From: a virus
DNA length: 42,603 bases
IMG/VR virus record: IMGVR_UViG_3300048574_000092
Location: 1-42,603 of that record
Reading direction: 5' to 3' (one strand)
Positions 21,207 to 30,938 of this stretch are shown here, piece after piece. Under the pieces are notes generated by a model that saw nothing but the letters and a program-made list of their open reading frames with translations, was not told where the DNA came from and ran no database searches. Made by a program: the position numbers and the translations under genes. Position 1 is the stretch's first letter. Each line of letters opens with the position of its first letter.

Positions 21207-22402
21207 TGGCGATCTCGCTCAAGCATAAGTTCGAGAGCACAGTCCCAGACCAGCCCAAGCCGGGACTTGTTCGCCCTTCGGACTGGAATGACGAGCATGA
21301 TCTGACCCTGTCGTCGGGGTATCTGGTAGGACGAACGTCACCCGGTGACGGACCAGCGGAAAGCATACCGGTAAGCAGTTTCGCGACGGCGGATCAGGGA
21401 GCGAAAGCCGATAGCGCGCTCCAGTCGTTTGATGTTGCGGCTGCCGTCCACGCAGCGTCTTCGAAATCGACACCCGTTGATGCGGATGAGTTCGCGCTGA
21501 TCGACAGTGCGGCTTCGTTCGTCCTCAAAAAACTGACGTGGGCGAACTTTAAAGCAGCGGTTAAGACGTATTTTGACACGCTCTATCAGGCAAAATTCGC
21601 GTTTACGCCGCGCGAGGTTCTGACCGCAAACCGCACCTACTATATCCGATCCGACGGCAACGACGCCAACACGGGTCTGGCGAACAATTCAGGCGGAGCG
21701 TTCAAGACAACACAAAAGGCAATGGACGTTGTCGCGGCTCTAGATACCAGCATTTACAACGTAACTATTCAGTGTGGCGACACGGGACCTTTTACAGGCT
21801 GCGTTTTAAAGGCTCCGCTCGGATCCGGAACCGTCATCATCAACGGCGATACTGCCAATCCTTCCAACTACACCTTCACGAAAAACGGCGGATCGTCCTA
21901 TATCTTTGACGGGCAATCGGCCGTCGGGAAATTTCAGATTTCGGGCGTGCATCCGCATGACGCGACCGCCGCCTATCACATCATTTCGGGAGTGGCCGGA
22001 AACATCATAGTCGCGAACAACAACGACTATGGCGACTGCATCAATTACCTGATGGCGGCCAAATACGGCGGCCAATTGCAGATCAGCGGCGCGAACAACA
22101 AAATGAGTTGTTCGACGACGATTACCGCGCCGTTCCTTTGTGACACCAACTCGAATCTGATTGCAGTAAGCGCCAGCACCTTTACGTGGCTGCGCAATAT
22201 TGCCTATTCGTACTTCGTGCTCGCCCGTTGGGGCGGCGTTCTAAATCTCGCAAACCTCACCTGCGCATTGGCGGGATTTACGGCGACAGGGTCACGCTAC
22301 AACTCAGACTCAAACGCGGTCGTCATTGTTGGAGGCGGTGGCGCGAGTTTCTTCCCAGGTTCGACTTCTGGGAGCACGTCGAATGGCGGCTTGTATTCGT
22401 AA
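21206..22402 (+). CDS. Tail fibre / tailspike with probable right-handed beta-helix C-terminal domain
   Basis: The N-terminus (..LVRPSDWNDEHDL..GYLVGRTSPGDGPAESI) resembles conserved tail-fibre N-termini. The C-terminus is rich in G/N/T/S short repeats (..NVTIQCGDTG..TVIINGDTAN..), as in pectate-lyase-fold spikes. Confidence 0.6.
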   Translation: MAISLKHKFESTVPDQPKPGLVRPSDWNDEHDLTLSSGYLVGRTSPGDGPAESIPVSSFATADQGAKADSALQSFDVAAAVHAASSKSTPVDADEFALIDSAASFVLKKLTWANFKAAVKTYFDTLYQAKFAFTPREVLTANRTYYIRSDGNDANTGLANNSGGAFKTTQKAMDVVAALDTSIYNVTIQCGDTGPFTGCVLKAPLGSGTVIINGDTANPSNYTFTKNGGSSYIFDGQSAVGKFQISGVHPHDATAAYHIISGVAGNIIVANNNDYGDCINYLMAAKYGGQLQISGANNKMSCSTTITAPFLCDTNSNLIAVSASTFTWLRNIAYSYFVLARWGGVLNLANLTCALAGFTATGSRYNSDSNAVVIVGGGGASFFPGSTSGSTSNGGLYS

Positions 22403-22411
22403 GGGCAACGC

Positions 22412-22732
22412 ATGATCGAATACACCCCTCATGATTGGCATTGGATTGTCGGTGGTGATCCGAACCGAGCGTGGTCGAGCGCAGCCAGATCTTACGTCAC
22501 GGATTACCCAAGTGATCGCGTCTCGCGCATTGCGAATGAGGTCGAGCTTTACGACGTTCTGGCAAAGAGAGGGCTCGCATCACGTGCACCACAAGGACCA
22601 TTCACAGTCGGTGACGTTAGGGCAGCGTTCGCCAATATCGATGCCGTCGCTACTGGAGCCGCGAGCGATGCAGATGCGCTAGCGGTCATCGCCGAAGAGA
22701 TCGGCATGACGCTGCCGCCGCTCGCTGACTAG
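22412..22732 (+). CDS. Hypothetical protein, 106 aa (possible fibre accessory)
   Basis: ORF directly after the fibre gene. Confidence 0.5.
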   Translation: MIEYTPHDWHWIVGGDPNRAWSSAARSYVTDYPSDRVSRIANEVELYDVLAKRGLASRAPQGPFTVGDVRAAFANIDAVATGAASDADALAVIAEEIGMTLPPLAD

Positions 22733-22797
22733 GGCGTTCTCCAGATGTTGTAGTCTTCAACAGCCGACGACCCGCTTATCGTAATGCGAGTAGTGCA

Positions 22798-22828
22798 TTG
22801 ACCGTCGTAGCGACCGTGAGCGATATAT
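22798..22828 (+). promoter_or_regulatory. Candidate moron promoter TTGACC-N17-19-(CG)ATATAT
   Basis: Read directly, in an AT-richer gap upstream of the acyltransferase gene. Confidence 0.35.
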
Positions 22829-22882
22829 ATTCTTGCTACATACCCTAGCTGTAATTTGAAGTTTCGTTTGTCGGGGGTGGAA

Positions 22883-23530
22883 ATGACGGCTTTTGCGCTT
22901 GTAGGGGCAGGTGGATTTGCACGTGAGGTAATGGATTGGGGGGCGCCTTTTGTCCGCACCACACTAGGATCTTCGGTAGACATCTGCTTTGTGCAGGAAA
23001 CACCTTCCCCCGAAGAGCGGATCAACGGTGAAAACTTTTGTAGTCTTGATGGGTTTCTATCGCGCAATGATCGCAAGTATTTCGCAATAGCAATTGCAAA
23101 TGCCAATGTGCGCCGGCGCCTCGCTGAGAAGATAGAACAGCAAGCTGAACCGCTAACGCTGATCGCACCCAGTGCGATGGTTGGACAGCACAATAGCATC
23201 GCCCCTGGCGCGATCATCTGCCCGTTCGCGTGCATCACATCTAACGCTAAAATCGGGCGCCATTTTCACTGCAACATCTATTCCTATGTCGCGCACGACT
23301 GCGTAATTGGAGACTTCGTGACGTTTGCCCCACGAGTCGCCTGCAACGGAAACGTTAACATCGCCGACGAAGCCTATCTGGGGACCGGCGCAAGCATTCG
23401 TCAGGGCATTCCCGGAAAGCCAACGCAGATAGGCCGCGGCGCGGTGGTCGGAATGCAAGCCAATGTGCTTAAGACAGTTCCTGAGTTGCAGACCGTCATT
23501 GGCAATCCAGCAGTATCGCTGGATCGGTAA
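22883..23530 (+). CDS. NeuD/PglD-like sugar O-/N-acyltransferase (left-handed beta-helix hexapeptide repeats)
   Basis: The N-terminus has a Rossmann-like LVGAGGFAREV. The C-terminus has hexapeptide repeats (..IAPGAIICPFACITSNAKIGRHFHCNIYSYVAHDCVIGDFVTFAPRVACNGNVNIADEAYLGTGASI..). The stretch is visibly AT-richer. Confidence 0.75.
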   Translation: MTAFALVGAGGFAREVMDWGAPFVRTTLGSSVDICFVQETPSPEERINGENFCSLDGFLSRNDRKYFAIAIANANVRRRLAEKIEQQAEPLTLIAPSAMVGQHNSIAPGAIICPFACITSNAKIGRHFHCNIYSYVAHDCVIGDFVTFAPRVACNGNVNIADEAYLGTGASIRQGIPGKPTQIGRGAVVGMQANVLKTVPELQTVIGNPAVSLDR

Positions 23531-23544
23531 AAGCGCGACGACAG

Positions 23545-23745
23545 GTGGACACGCGATCACACGCCACAGCGTTCCAACCAGACGCATTCCAGGACGATGC
23601 GTTTCAGATATTCGATGACGATGCTTCTGGTCGCCCCGTAAAGGTCACGTCGGCAGGCGCCGCAATCGGAAAAGCGACGATGAATGCAAGCCCGGTTCTG
23701 GATATCCAATCCAGCGGCGCTCCTGGTCTCTGGAAGGTGAGATAG
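23545..23745 (+). CDS. Hypothetical protein, 66 aa (GTG start, AFQ-repeat N-terminus)
   Basis: The ORF contains AFQPDAFQDDAFQ. Support is weak. Confidence 0.35.
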   Translation: MDTRSHATAFQPDAFQDDAFQIFDDDASGRPVKVTSAGAAIGKATMNASPVLDIQSSGAPGLWKVR

Positions 23746-24084
23746 ATGCTCGCGCCATCGAAATACTTCGTAGGGGCCGCAGTGAGCCTATCCGCTTCGT
23801 TCACCGATTCCGATGTCACGCCGTCCGATCCGGATACAGTCACTCTCAAGCTCCGGTCTCCAAGCTGCCAGTCGTTCACCTACGTCTACGGCACTGATGC
23901 CAACGTCACGAGGCAATCGGCCGGCAACTATTCGGCAATCGTTACGCCCAATTGCGCAGGTCGATGGTTCACGCGTTGGGAAGGCACAGACCCCGACGGC
24001 AACGTGATTGCGAGAGAGGGCAACTTCAACGTCCAGGCATCTCGCTTTGTGGACCATGATTGTTGCTGCAGGGATTACAGATGA
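23746..24084 (+). CDS. Hypothetical protein, 112 aa (beta-rich, Ig-like impression)
   Basis: ORF whose stop overlaps the terS ATG. Confidence 0.5.
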   Translation: MLAPSKYFVGAAVSLSASFTDSDVTPSDPDTVTLKLRSPSCQSFTYVYGTDANVTRQSAGNYSAIVTPNCAGRWFTRWEGTDPDGNVIAREGNFNVQASRFVDHDCCCRDYR

Positions 24085-24524
24085 CACCGAAGCAGGAAGC
24101 CTTTGCCCGCGCCTATGTCGAAACAGGGAATGCGAGCGAGGCTTATCGCCGTTCCTACAATGCCGGGAAGATGAAACCCGAAGCAATAAAGGTGAACGCC
24201 TGTAAGCTTTTGAAAGACGCTAACGTCGCACTAACGGTGGAGCGTCTGCAACTCAAACACCAGAAGCGCCACGATGTAACGGTCGATTCCATAACGGAGA
24301 TGCTGAAGGCAGATCGAGAGCTGGCCCGGCGGAATGCTCAATCCGGAGCTGCAGTCACGGCAGCGATGGGCCTCGCAAAGCTTCACGGACTCATCGTCGA
24401 AAAGCGCGAAGTCACACACAAGCAGGGTGTCGAAGACCTGAGCGATGCTGAACTTGGAAATATCGCCCGCGGAAGCGGCAACGGAGCTGCTGAAGCGGCG
24501 CCACGCCCGCCGCGGGCTAATTGA
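24081..24524 (+). CDS. terS: Terminase small subunit
   Basis: MTPKQEAFARAYVETGNASEAYRRSYNAGKMKPEAIKVNACKLLKDANV matches the Terminase_2 N-terminal pattern. Confidence 0.85.
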   Translation: MTPKQEAFARAYVETGNASEAYRRSYNAGKMKPEAIKVNACKLLKDANVALTVERLQLKHQKRHDVTVDSITEMLKADRELARRNAQSGAAVTAAMGLAKLHGLIVEKREVTHKQGVEDLSDAELGNIARGSGNGAAEAAPRPPRAN

Positions 24525-25896
24525 ATTCAGCGAATACACGAACCGGGCCTATCGGCCTGCTGCGCACCATCGATTGATTGCTGAAAAGCTCGAGGCAATC
24601 GAAGACGGCAAGATTGATCGGCTGATGATCAACATGCCGCCGCGGCACGGCAAATCGGAACTCGGTTCAAGGCGCTTTCCCGCTTGGTTCCTGGGGCGCA
24701 ACCCCGAAGCAACCATCATGTCGGCCTCGTACAACCTGGACAAGGCAGAGGAATTCGGTGGCGAAGTCCGAGATATCGTCAAGAGCGCGGCCTATCGAAA
24801 TCTCTTTCCGAACGTCGAGTTGAAAGAAGACACGAGAGCCAAGGGCTTTTGGCGCACGTCTCAGGGTGGATTCTACATCTCGGCTGGTGTCGGCACGGCA
24901 CTGACGGGGCGTGGCACCGTTGGCCCGATCGTCCTGATCGATGATCCTCTGAAGGATAGAGAGGAAGCCGACAGCGAGCGCACCCGTGAAAAGGTGAAGC
25001 AATGGTATTCGTCAGTCGTTCTCTCGCGCTTTCCGCGCGCCGTGATCGTGGTGCAGACCCGATGGCACGAAGACGACCTGACAGGTTGGTTGCTGGAAGA
25101 GCAGGCGAGAGGCGGCGACACGTGGGATATTTTGGAACTGCCCGCGATCAGCCCGGACGGGCAGGCGCTCTGGCCGGAGTTCTATCCGCTCGATCAGTTG
25201 GAGCGCATCAAACGCTCAACGCTGCCACGAGACTGGTCGGCTCTCTATCAGCAGCGCCCAGCACCAGACGAAGGCGCGTATTTCAAGCGGGATTGGTTCC
25301 GCTGGTACGAGAACAGGCCGAAGCAACTAAGGATCTATGGAGCGTCTGACTATGCCGTCACGGAAGGCGACGGCGACTACACGGTTCATATCGTGGTCGG
25401 CATCGATCCGGACGACAATCTGTACGTCCTCGATCTATGGCGGGGGCAAACATCATCGGATGCATGGATTGGAGCGTGGCTCGATCTCGTCCGGATGCAC
25501 AAGCCTCTGATGTGGGTCGAAGAGCAGGGCCAGATCATCAAGTCGATTGGGCCGTTTCTCGAAAAGCGCATGCGAGAGGAACGCGTTTACTGCCGGCGCG
25601 AACAGGTGGCATCCGCTGCCGATAAGCCGACCCGGTCACGGTCGATCCAGGCGCGCACGTCGATGGGGCGCGTCTACCTGCCATCGAAAGCGCCTTGGCT
25701 CGCAGACTTCACGCAAGAGCTGCTCGTGTTTCCCGCGGGCAAGCATGACGACCAGGTTGACGCCTTCGGCCTCATTGGCCGGATGCTGGACGAACTGATC
25801 CCGGCTTCGAAGCCGAAAGAGCCGACAGCATCTCAAGCCAGCGGCTACAAGCGATTGAACGAGGATAGGAATAGCGACGGATGGAAGTCTCGATGA
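24445..25896 (+). CDS. terL: Terminase large subunit
   Basis: It has a Walker A-like MPPRHGKSE, then VLIDDPLKD and VVQTRWHEDDLTGWL (ATPase motifs), and a C-terminal nuclease region ..HDDQVDAFG.. . It overlaps terS by 80 nt. Confidence 0.9.
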   Translation: MLNLEISPAEAATELLKRRHARRGLIEFSEYTNRAYRPAAHHRLIAEKLEAIEDGKIDRLMINMPPRHGKSELGSRRFPAWFLGRNPEATIMSASYNLDKAEEFGGEVRDIVKSAAYRNLFPNVELKEDTRAKGFWRTSQGGFYISAGVGTALTGRGTVGPIVLIDDPLKDREEADSERTREKVKQWYSSVVLSRFPRAVIVVQTRWHEDDLTGWLLEEQARGGDTWDILELPAISPDGQALWPEFYPLDQLERIKRSTLPRDWSALYQQRPAPDEGAYFKRDWFRWYENRPKQLRIYGASDYAVTEGDGDYTVHIVVGIDPDDNLYVLDLWRGQTSSDAWIGAWLDLVRMHKPLMWVEEQGQIIKSIGPFLEKRMREERVYCRREQVASAADKPTRSRSIQARTSMGRVYLPSKAPWLADFTQELLVFPAGKHDDQVDAFGLIGRMLDELIPASKPKEPTASQASGYKRLNEDRNSDGWKSR

Positions 25897-27932
25897 CTCC
25901 AAGCACCGCCCTTGTTCCGGCAGAGGCGCAAGCGTTCACGCCCGACCTTGGCCGATACCGAAAATGGTTCACAGCCTACGAGACAAACAAGCAGTTTGAA
26001 ATCAACGAGCAGCTTGTCCATGAGGGCTATTACAACAGTACGGGGCACTGGACAGAGGAAGAAGCCCGGAAGCTGAGGAAGCGCGGTCAGGCGCCGATTT
26101 TCGATAATCGCATTGCGCGCAAGATTGATTTCCTCGTGGGTGTCGAGCAGCGCATGCGCCGTGACCCCAAAGGCTATCCGCGCACTCCGAATGACGAGCA
26201 GTCGGCAGACGTTGCGACGGCAGGTATGCGGTATGCCTGCGACATCAACCGTTGGGAGTTTGTAGGTTCGGCCGGCACGCATGACGGGCTGGTGCGAGGG
26301 ATTGGTGTCTGCTTCGTCGGCATCAAGCAGGGCATGACTGGGCCGGATCCAGAGATCAAATCCGTCCAGAGCGATCGCTTCTTCTATGACCCTCGCTCGA
26401 AACGTCCAGACTTCGAAGATGCGCGCTACATGGGCCTGCATCTTTGGATGGACATCGACGATGCCAAGGAGAAATGGCCGGACAAGGCGCAACAGCTCCA
26501 GCAGATCATCGACAGTGTCGCCGCCGGCGGCATCCTCTCCCGTGTCGATCAGAACCAGGAGACAGCGTGGGCTGAGTTCGAAAGCCGCCGCGTCCGCGTC
26601 GTCGAGTTCTGGGAGAAGACACCGCGCGGCTGGACGTACTGCTACTTCGTTGGCGAAGTGATGCTCGACGGCGGAGTTTCGCCGTATCTCGATGATGAAG
26701 GAAAGCCGGATTGCCCTTACGCGGCATGGTCGCCTTATGTGGACGAGAGAGGCAACCGTTACGGCCCGATTCGCAGCATGAAGCCGATGCAGGACGAGGC
26801 GAACCATCGCCGGTCCAAGGCTCTGCACCTGTTTACGACCAAGCAGCTTCACTTCCGCCGTGGCACGCTCGAAGACGTCGACAAGACGCGATCGGAACTC
26901 GCGAAGCCCGACGGCATGATCGAGCACGACGGAGATTGGGGTAAGGAGGTCGGCATTGTCGACCACTCGATGGACGTTGCCGGGCAGTTGCAATTGCTCG
27001 AGCAGGCGCAGGCCTCACTCGAAAACCTCGGGCCCAACCCTGGCCTGATCGGCAAGGGTGGCGGCGTCGCGGATCAGTCGGGCCGAGCGATCCTCGCTCA
27101 ACGTGACTCGGGCATGACTGAGTTGTCGCCCGTGTTCGAGCGCAACAGGGATTGGAAGCTCCGCGTCTATCGCAAGCTCTGGTCGCGTATCAAACAGTCC
27201 TGGACCGCAGAGAAGTGGATCAGGATCACGGACGAGAACGACGCGCCGCAGTTCATCGGGCTCAACCAGTATAACATCGACCCGCAGACGGGGCAGGCTG
27301 TGAGCCAGAACGTCGTCGCCATGATCGATGTCGACATCATCATGGAGGAAGGCCCAGACGTCATCACGATGAACGAGGAATTGCTGCAGACGCTTTCGCA
27401 GCTTGGTCCGAACGCCGTCCCGCCGAAAGTGCTGATCGAACTCTCGAACGCTCCGAACAAGGAACGCCTGTTCAAGATGATCGACGAGGCGACACAGCCA
27501 GACCCGGTTGTGCAGCAGATGCAGCAGCGCATGGCGCGGCTTGAACAGCTGGTTCAGGCATCGACGGTGGACAAGAACGTGGCGCAGAGCGAACTCTACC
27601 GGGCGCAAGCGGCCGCGGCGTTGCTGACGGCATCGACGCCACAGCAGCAGAAACCGATGATCGACAAAATGGGCAACGCAATCCCGCAAGCTCCTGCGCC
27701 AATGCCGAATCTCGGTATCGCGCAGCAAGCGTTGCAGATGTTCCCGTTCCACTACGCTCAGCCGACAATCGAGCAATACGCGGAGAACGCGTCACCTCCG
27801 CAGCCGCCGGATGATCCGGACGACCAGCAGCAACCAGGGCAACCGTTGCCGCAACAGAACGCAGCCTTACCGCCTCCGTCAGGAATGCCGGGCGGATTAC
27901 CCGTCAATCCACAACTCGCAGGGATGCAGTAA
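25893..27932 (+). CDS. Portal protein
   Basis: It is a ~680-aa ORF directly after terL, with a Q/P-rich C-terminal tail. ATG 25893 overlaps the terL stop (ATGA); ATG 25881 is an alternative start. Confidence 0.8.
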   Translation: MTPSTALVPAEAQAFTPDLGRYRKWFTAYETNKQFEINEQLVHEGYYNSTGHWTEEEARKLRKRGQAPIFDNRIARKIDFLVGVEQRMRRDPKGYPRTPNDEQSADVATAGMRYACDINRWEFVGSAGTHDGLVRGIGVCFVGIKQGMTGPDPEIKSVQSDRFFYDPRSKRPDFEDARYMGLHLWMDIDDAKEKWPDKAQQLQQIIDSVAAGGILSRVDQNQETAWAEFESRRVRVVEFWEKTPRGWTYCYFVGEVMLDGGVSPYLDDEGKPDCPYAAWSPYVDERGNRYGPIRSMKPMQDEANHRRSKALHLFTTKQLHFRRGTLEDVDKTRSELAKPDGMIEHDGDWGKEVGIVDHSMDVAGQLQLLEQAQASLENLGPNPGLIGKGGGVADQSGRAILAQRDSGMTELSPVFERNRDWKLRVYRKLWSRIKQSWTAEKWIRITDENDAPQFIGLNQYNIDPQTGQAVSQNVVAMIDVDIIMEEGPDVITMNEELLQTLSQLGPNAVPPKVLIELSNAPNKERLFKMIDEATQPDPVVQQMQQRMARLEQLVQASTVDKNVAQSELYRAQAAAALLTASTPQQQKPMIDKMGNAIPQAPAPMPNLGIAQQALQMFPFHYAQPTIEQYAENASPPQPPDDPDDQQQPGQPLPQQNAALPPPSGMPGGLPVNPQLAGMQ

Positions 27933-28096
27933 TGGACGATGAACTTCTGAAGCTCGAATGCCTCAAGATGGCGCGCGACACCGGCTATCACGGATCTGAG
28001 CTGACTGTTGAAGCTAAACGGTTGTTCGATTTCCTCAAGGGCCGCAACCAGAACAAGGACGGCGACCGTCCCTTCAAGGATTACAAGCCGGAGTAA
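27932..28096 (+). CDS. 54-aa hypothetical protein (below the ORF-track cutoff)
   Basis: Hand translation gives MDDELLKLECLKMARDTGYHGSELTVEAKRLFDFLKGRNQNKDGDRPFKDYKPE. It shows TAATG overlap with the portal stop. Confidence 0.45.
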   Translation: MDDELLKLECLKMARDTGYHGSELTVEAKRLFDFLKGRNQNKDGDRPFKDYKPE

Positions 28097-28283
28097 TTCG
28101 CTTGGTAGTTACGTCAATCCGGTCCGACTTAAAGTCGGTGATCACTAGGTCAAGACCACCAACTTCGTTGGGGGCCAAGTTGAAGCGCTTTACGGAGCCG
28201 TCAGAGTGCTCAACGTAATAGCCGAAATCATCATGTTTAATGATGCCGCCGGCCTCGACCGTGAATAGCTCTATTTTGTCCAT
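28074..28283 (-). CDS. Hypothetical protein, 69 aa, on the opposite strand inside the late operon
   Basis: It is the only ORF in an AT-richer ~320-bp gap between the portal and scaffold genes. No clear SD is present. Confidence 0.45.
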   Translation of the reverse strand: MDKIELFTVEAGGIIKHDDFGYYVEHSDGSVKRFNLAPNEVGGLDLVITDFKSDRIDVTTKRITPACNP

Positions 28284-28419
28284 CTAGCGTATTTACCGCG
28301 TAAGACTCGCCGCCTCAAGCGGCGTTTCGCGACCATCCGCGCGTAATCGGATGAACCTCGCACCAGCCGGGCGACATCGGCTGCTTTCGTGACCAGCAAC
28401 GATACTGCGGAGAGAGACA

Positions 28420-29292
28420 ATGACGACTGAACAGTCGGCAGACGATACCCTTTTGAATGACGTGTTTTCGAGTGGCCGCGAGAGGGGGGCAGATACCGCC
28501 GCTCCCGCCGAGCCGGAAGCAACGGCACCAGAACCGACAGCCGAACCGCAATCGAAAGAAGCGGCAGAGCCAGAGGCAAAGCCCGAAGCAACCGACGCGG
28601 AGCCCAAAGGATACCGCGATCCTTCTACGGGGAGATTTGTCCCTCTCAAAGAGCTGACCTCAGAACGTGAAAAACGCCAGTCGGCGGAAAAAGCACGGGA
28701 TGAAGAAGCTCGTCTGCGCAAGGATGCCGAAGACAACTGGCGCCGCACTCAGGCCCAGGTCGAAGAAATCCAGCGCAGAATTCAGGCGCAAGCCCAACCG
28801 CATCAACCGCCGCCCGATCCGAACCTCGATCCGGCCGGCGCCATGGCGTTCCAGCAGGAACAATTCCAACAGGCTCTTCTCAACCAGCGTTTGAACACCT
28901 CCGAGATGTTTGCCCGGAACAAGCACGGCGATCAGGTAGTCGATGCCGCGTTTCAGGCAGCGCAGCAGGCCGGTGTTCTCAAATCCTTCGTCGGCAGCAG
29001 AGATTGCTACGGCGAGTTGGTGAAATGGCACCGCCATCAGCAGGTCTTGGCCCGAGTGGGCGAAGACCCTGACGCCTACGAGAAGACGCTTGAGGACAAG
29101 ATCCGCGCCAAGGTGCTGGAAGAATTGAAGACCGGTAATCGGGCAGTGATGCCGGGACAGACGCCGCCCCCAGTACAGCAGTTCCCAGGCTCCCTCGCAG
29201 ACGCGACCGGAACGGGATCGAACGCTGCTGTGCCCGTTAGCGACGAAGCCATCATGGGCAACGTTTTCGGTTCAAACCGAAAGCGAAAGTAG
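28420..29292 (+). CDS. Scaffolding protein
   Basis: It lies between the portal and coat genes. It is highly charged and helical, with a low-complexity PEA-rich N-terminus. Confidence 0.65.
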   Translation: MTTEQSADDTLLNDVFSSGRERGADTAAPAEPEATAPEPTAEPQSKEAAEPEAKPEATDAEPKGYRDPSTGRFVPLKELTSEREKRQSAEKARDEEARLRKDAEDNWRRTQAQVEEIQRRIQAQAQPHQPPPDPNLDPAGAMAFQQEQFQQALLNQRLNTSEMFARNKHGDQVVDAAFQAAQQAGVLKSFVGSRDCYGELVKWHRHQQVLARVGEDPDAYEKTLEDKIRAKVLEELKTGNRAVMPGQTPPPVQQFPGSLADATGTGSNAAVPVSDEAIMGNVFGSNRKRK

Positions 29293-29348
29293 GCCGCATC
29301 AGACGCGCTTCGTGATCCCCAACCCCTGATCACGAAAGATCATCCAAC

Positions 29349-30461
29349 ATGGCAACCACTCCGACCCTTTCCGGGCTCGAGCTTACCAAATGGCGCTCGA
29401 AGTTCATCACGGAGTACATCCGTGACACCGGCTTTGACACCTACATGGGCGATGCCGACACCGACATCATCCACGTCGTGAACGACCTGCAGACGGACGG
29501 ATATACGATCCGCATCCCTCTGATGGGCAAGCTCGGCGGCTCTGGCGTCACTGGCAACACCTCGTTGACCGGTAACGAACAGCAGCTTGATCAGTATTAC
29601 CAGGACATATCCTGGGAGTTTCGGCGCCAAGCCGTGCTCGCGACGAAGAAGGACCGAGAAAAGTCCGCCGTCGATTTCATGGGGCAGGCACGCCCGCGCC
29701 TCAAAGAATGGTCAACCGAGAACGTCAAATACCGGCTGATCGAGTGCTTCCATAAAATGTCGGACGGTACGCCGTTCTCGGCAGCCGATGCGACCACGCG
29801 AAACGCGTTCTCTGCTAAGAACAAGGATCGCATCCTCTATGGCAGCACGCAGGCGAACTACTCGCCGACGCATGCGACCGGCCTGACCGCGATCGACAAC
29901 ACGGACGACAAGCTGTCGACCAAGGTTGGCTCGCTGGCGCGCTTCATGGCCCGTCAGGCGCGTCCGATGATCCGGCCCTACAAGACCGGAACGCAGGGCC
30001 GCGAGTTCTACGTGATGTTCTGCCATCCGCTCGGCTTCCGCGATCTCAAAGCGGACCCGGTCATGCAGCAGGCAAATCGTGACGCGCGCCCTCGTGACGT
30101 GGACTCGAACCCGCTATTCCAGGACGGCGACCTGATCTACGACGGCGTCATCTATCGTGAAATCCCTGAGTTCTATCAGGGCAAGGACACGGCGGACGCT
30201 CCGAACCCTGAGACGACGTTCTCGAATGGCACCATTCAGTGCGGTGTTTCGTTCCTGTGCGGCTCCCAGGCCATCGGCTTCGTCAACAAGCAGGCCGCGA
30301 TACCGACGACCCGTGCAGACGATGACTACGGCTTCCTGAAAGGCGTCGGCATCGAGTTTGCGGACGGCATCGACAAGCTGCGCTGGAACAACAACCCGCA
30401 GGGCATCAACAACGGCAAGGACGTTGGCATCGTCACCGTCTACCACGCGGCCGTGGCCTAA
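29349..30461 (+). CDS. Major capsid protein (resembles the N4 gp56 / BPP-1-type family)
   Basis: It is a 370-aa ORF after the scaffold gene. ..KWRSKFITEYIRDTGFDTYMG...IRIPLMGKLGGSGVTGNTSLTGNEQQL.. matches my recollection of that family. Confidence 0.75.
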   Translation: MATTPTLSGLELTKWRSKFITEYIRDTGFDTYMGDADTDIIHVVNDLQTDGYTIRIPLMGKLGGSGVTGNTSLTGNEQQLDQYYQDISWEFRRQAVLATKKDREKSAVDFMGQARPRLKEWSTENVKYRLIECFHKMSDGTPFSAADATTRNAFSAKNKDRILYGSTQANYSPTHATGLTAIDNTDDKLSTKVGSLARFMARQARPMIRPYKTGTQGREFYVMFCHPLGFRDLKADPVMQQANRDARPRDVDSNPLFQDGDLIYDGVIYREIPEFYQGKDTADAPNPETTFSNGTIQCGVSFLCGSQAIGFVNKQAAIPTTRADDDYGFLKGVGIEFADGIDKLRWNNNPQGINNGKDVGIVTVYHAAVA

Positions 30462-30475
30462 GGAGAACCCGAACA

Positions 30476-30931
30476 ATGGCTATTTACGCAACATCTCAGT
30501 CTCTTCCTGGCGGCAAGACCAAAGGCCCGGGAGCGTCTACTCAGGAAGTCGTCATCCCGTTTATCGTGGCTGTCTCGACGGCCATGATCGACAACGCCAA
30601 CGATGAAGTTGGATTGGCTTGGGTGCCGAAAGGCTTCATGCCGACCGGCATCGTCTTCAACACGACCGATATGGACTCATCCACGGGCCTGCTGTGGGAC
30701 GTTGGCGATGATGGTGACGAAGACCGCCTCATCGCAGCGTTTTCCGGTCAGGCCGCGGGCACGTCTCAGACGCTCAGAGATGTCGGGCTCCTCTACAAGT
30801 ATACGGCCCGCACGCTGATCAAAGCCTACGTCAACACCGCTGCGACCACCGGTGTCGCGGGGACGCTGAAAGGCGTGCTCAAGGGCATTGTCGACGAAGA
30901 CTACGACACGACCCCGCTGGTTGCGGCCTGA
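30476..30931 (+). CDS. Head decoration / cement-type protein
   Basis: It is a 151-aa beta-rich ORF directly after the coat gene and is followed by a terminator. Confidence 0.5.
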   Translation: MAIYATSQSLPGGKTKGPGASTQEVVIPFIVAVSTAMIDNANDEVGLAWVPKGFMPTGIVFNTTDMDSSTGLLWDVGDDGDEDRLIAAFSGQAAGTSQTLRDVGLLYKYTARTLIKAYVNTAATTGVAGTLKGVLKGIVDEDYDTTPLVAA

Positions 30932-30938
30932 TGAAACG

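Noticed and set aside
25845-26993. 382-aa minus-strand ORF (also 27015..27776, 32386..33000, 19861..20565, 39095..39721, 22729..23238 and 13284..13715 on the minus strand, and 13037..13741 on the plus strand)
   Set aside because: These are long ORFs lying over convincing genes or over the non-coding stretch, as is common in GC-rich DNA. Their products are R/L/H/P-rich and lack SDs, and the overlapped genes have clear family signatures.
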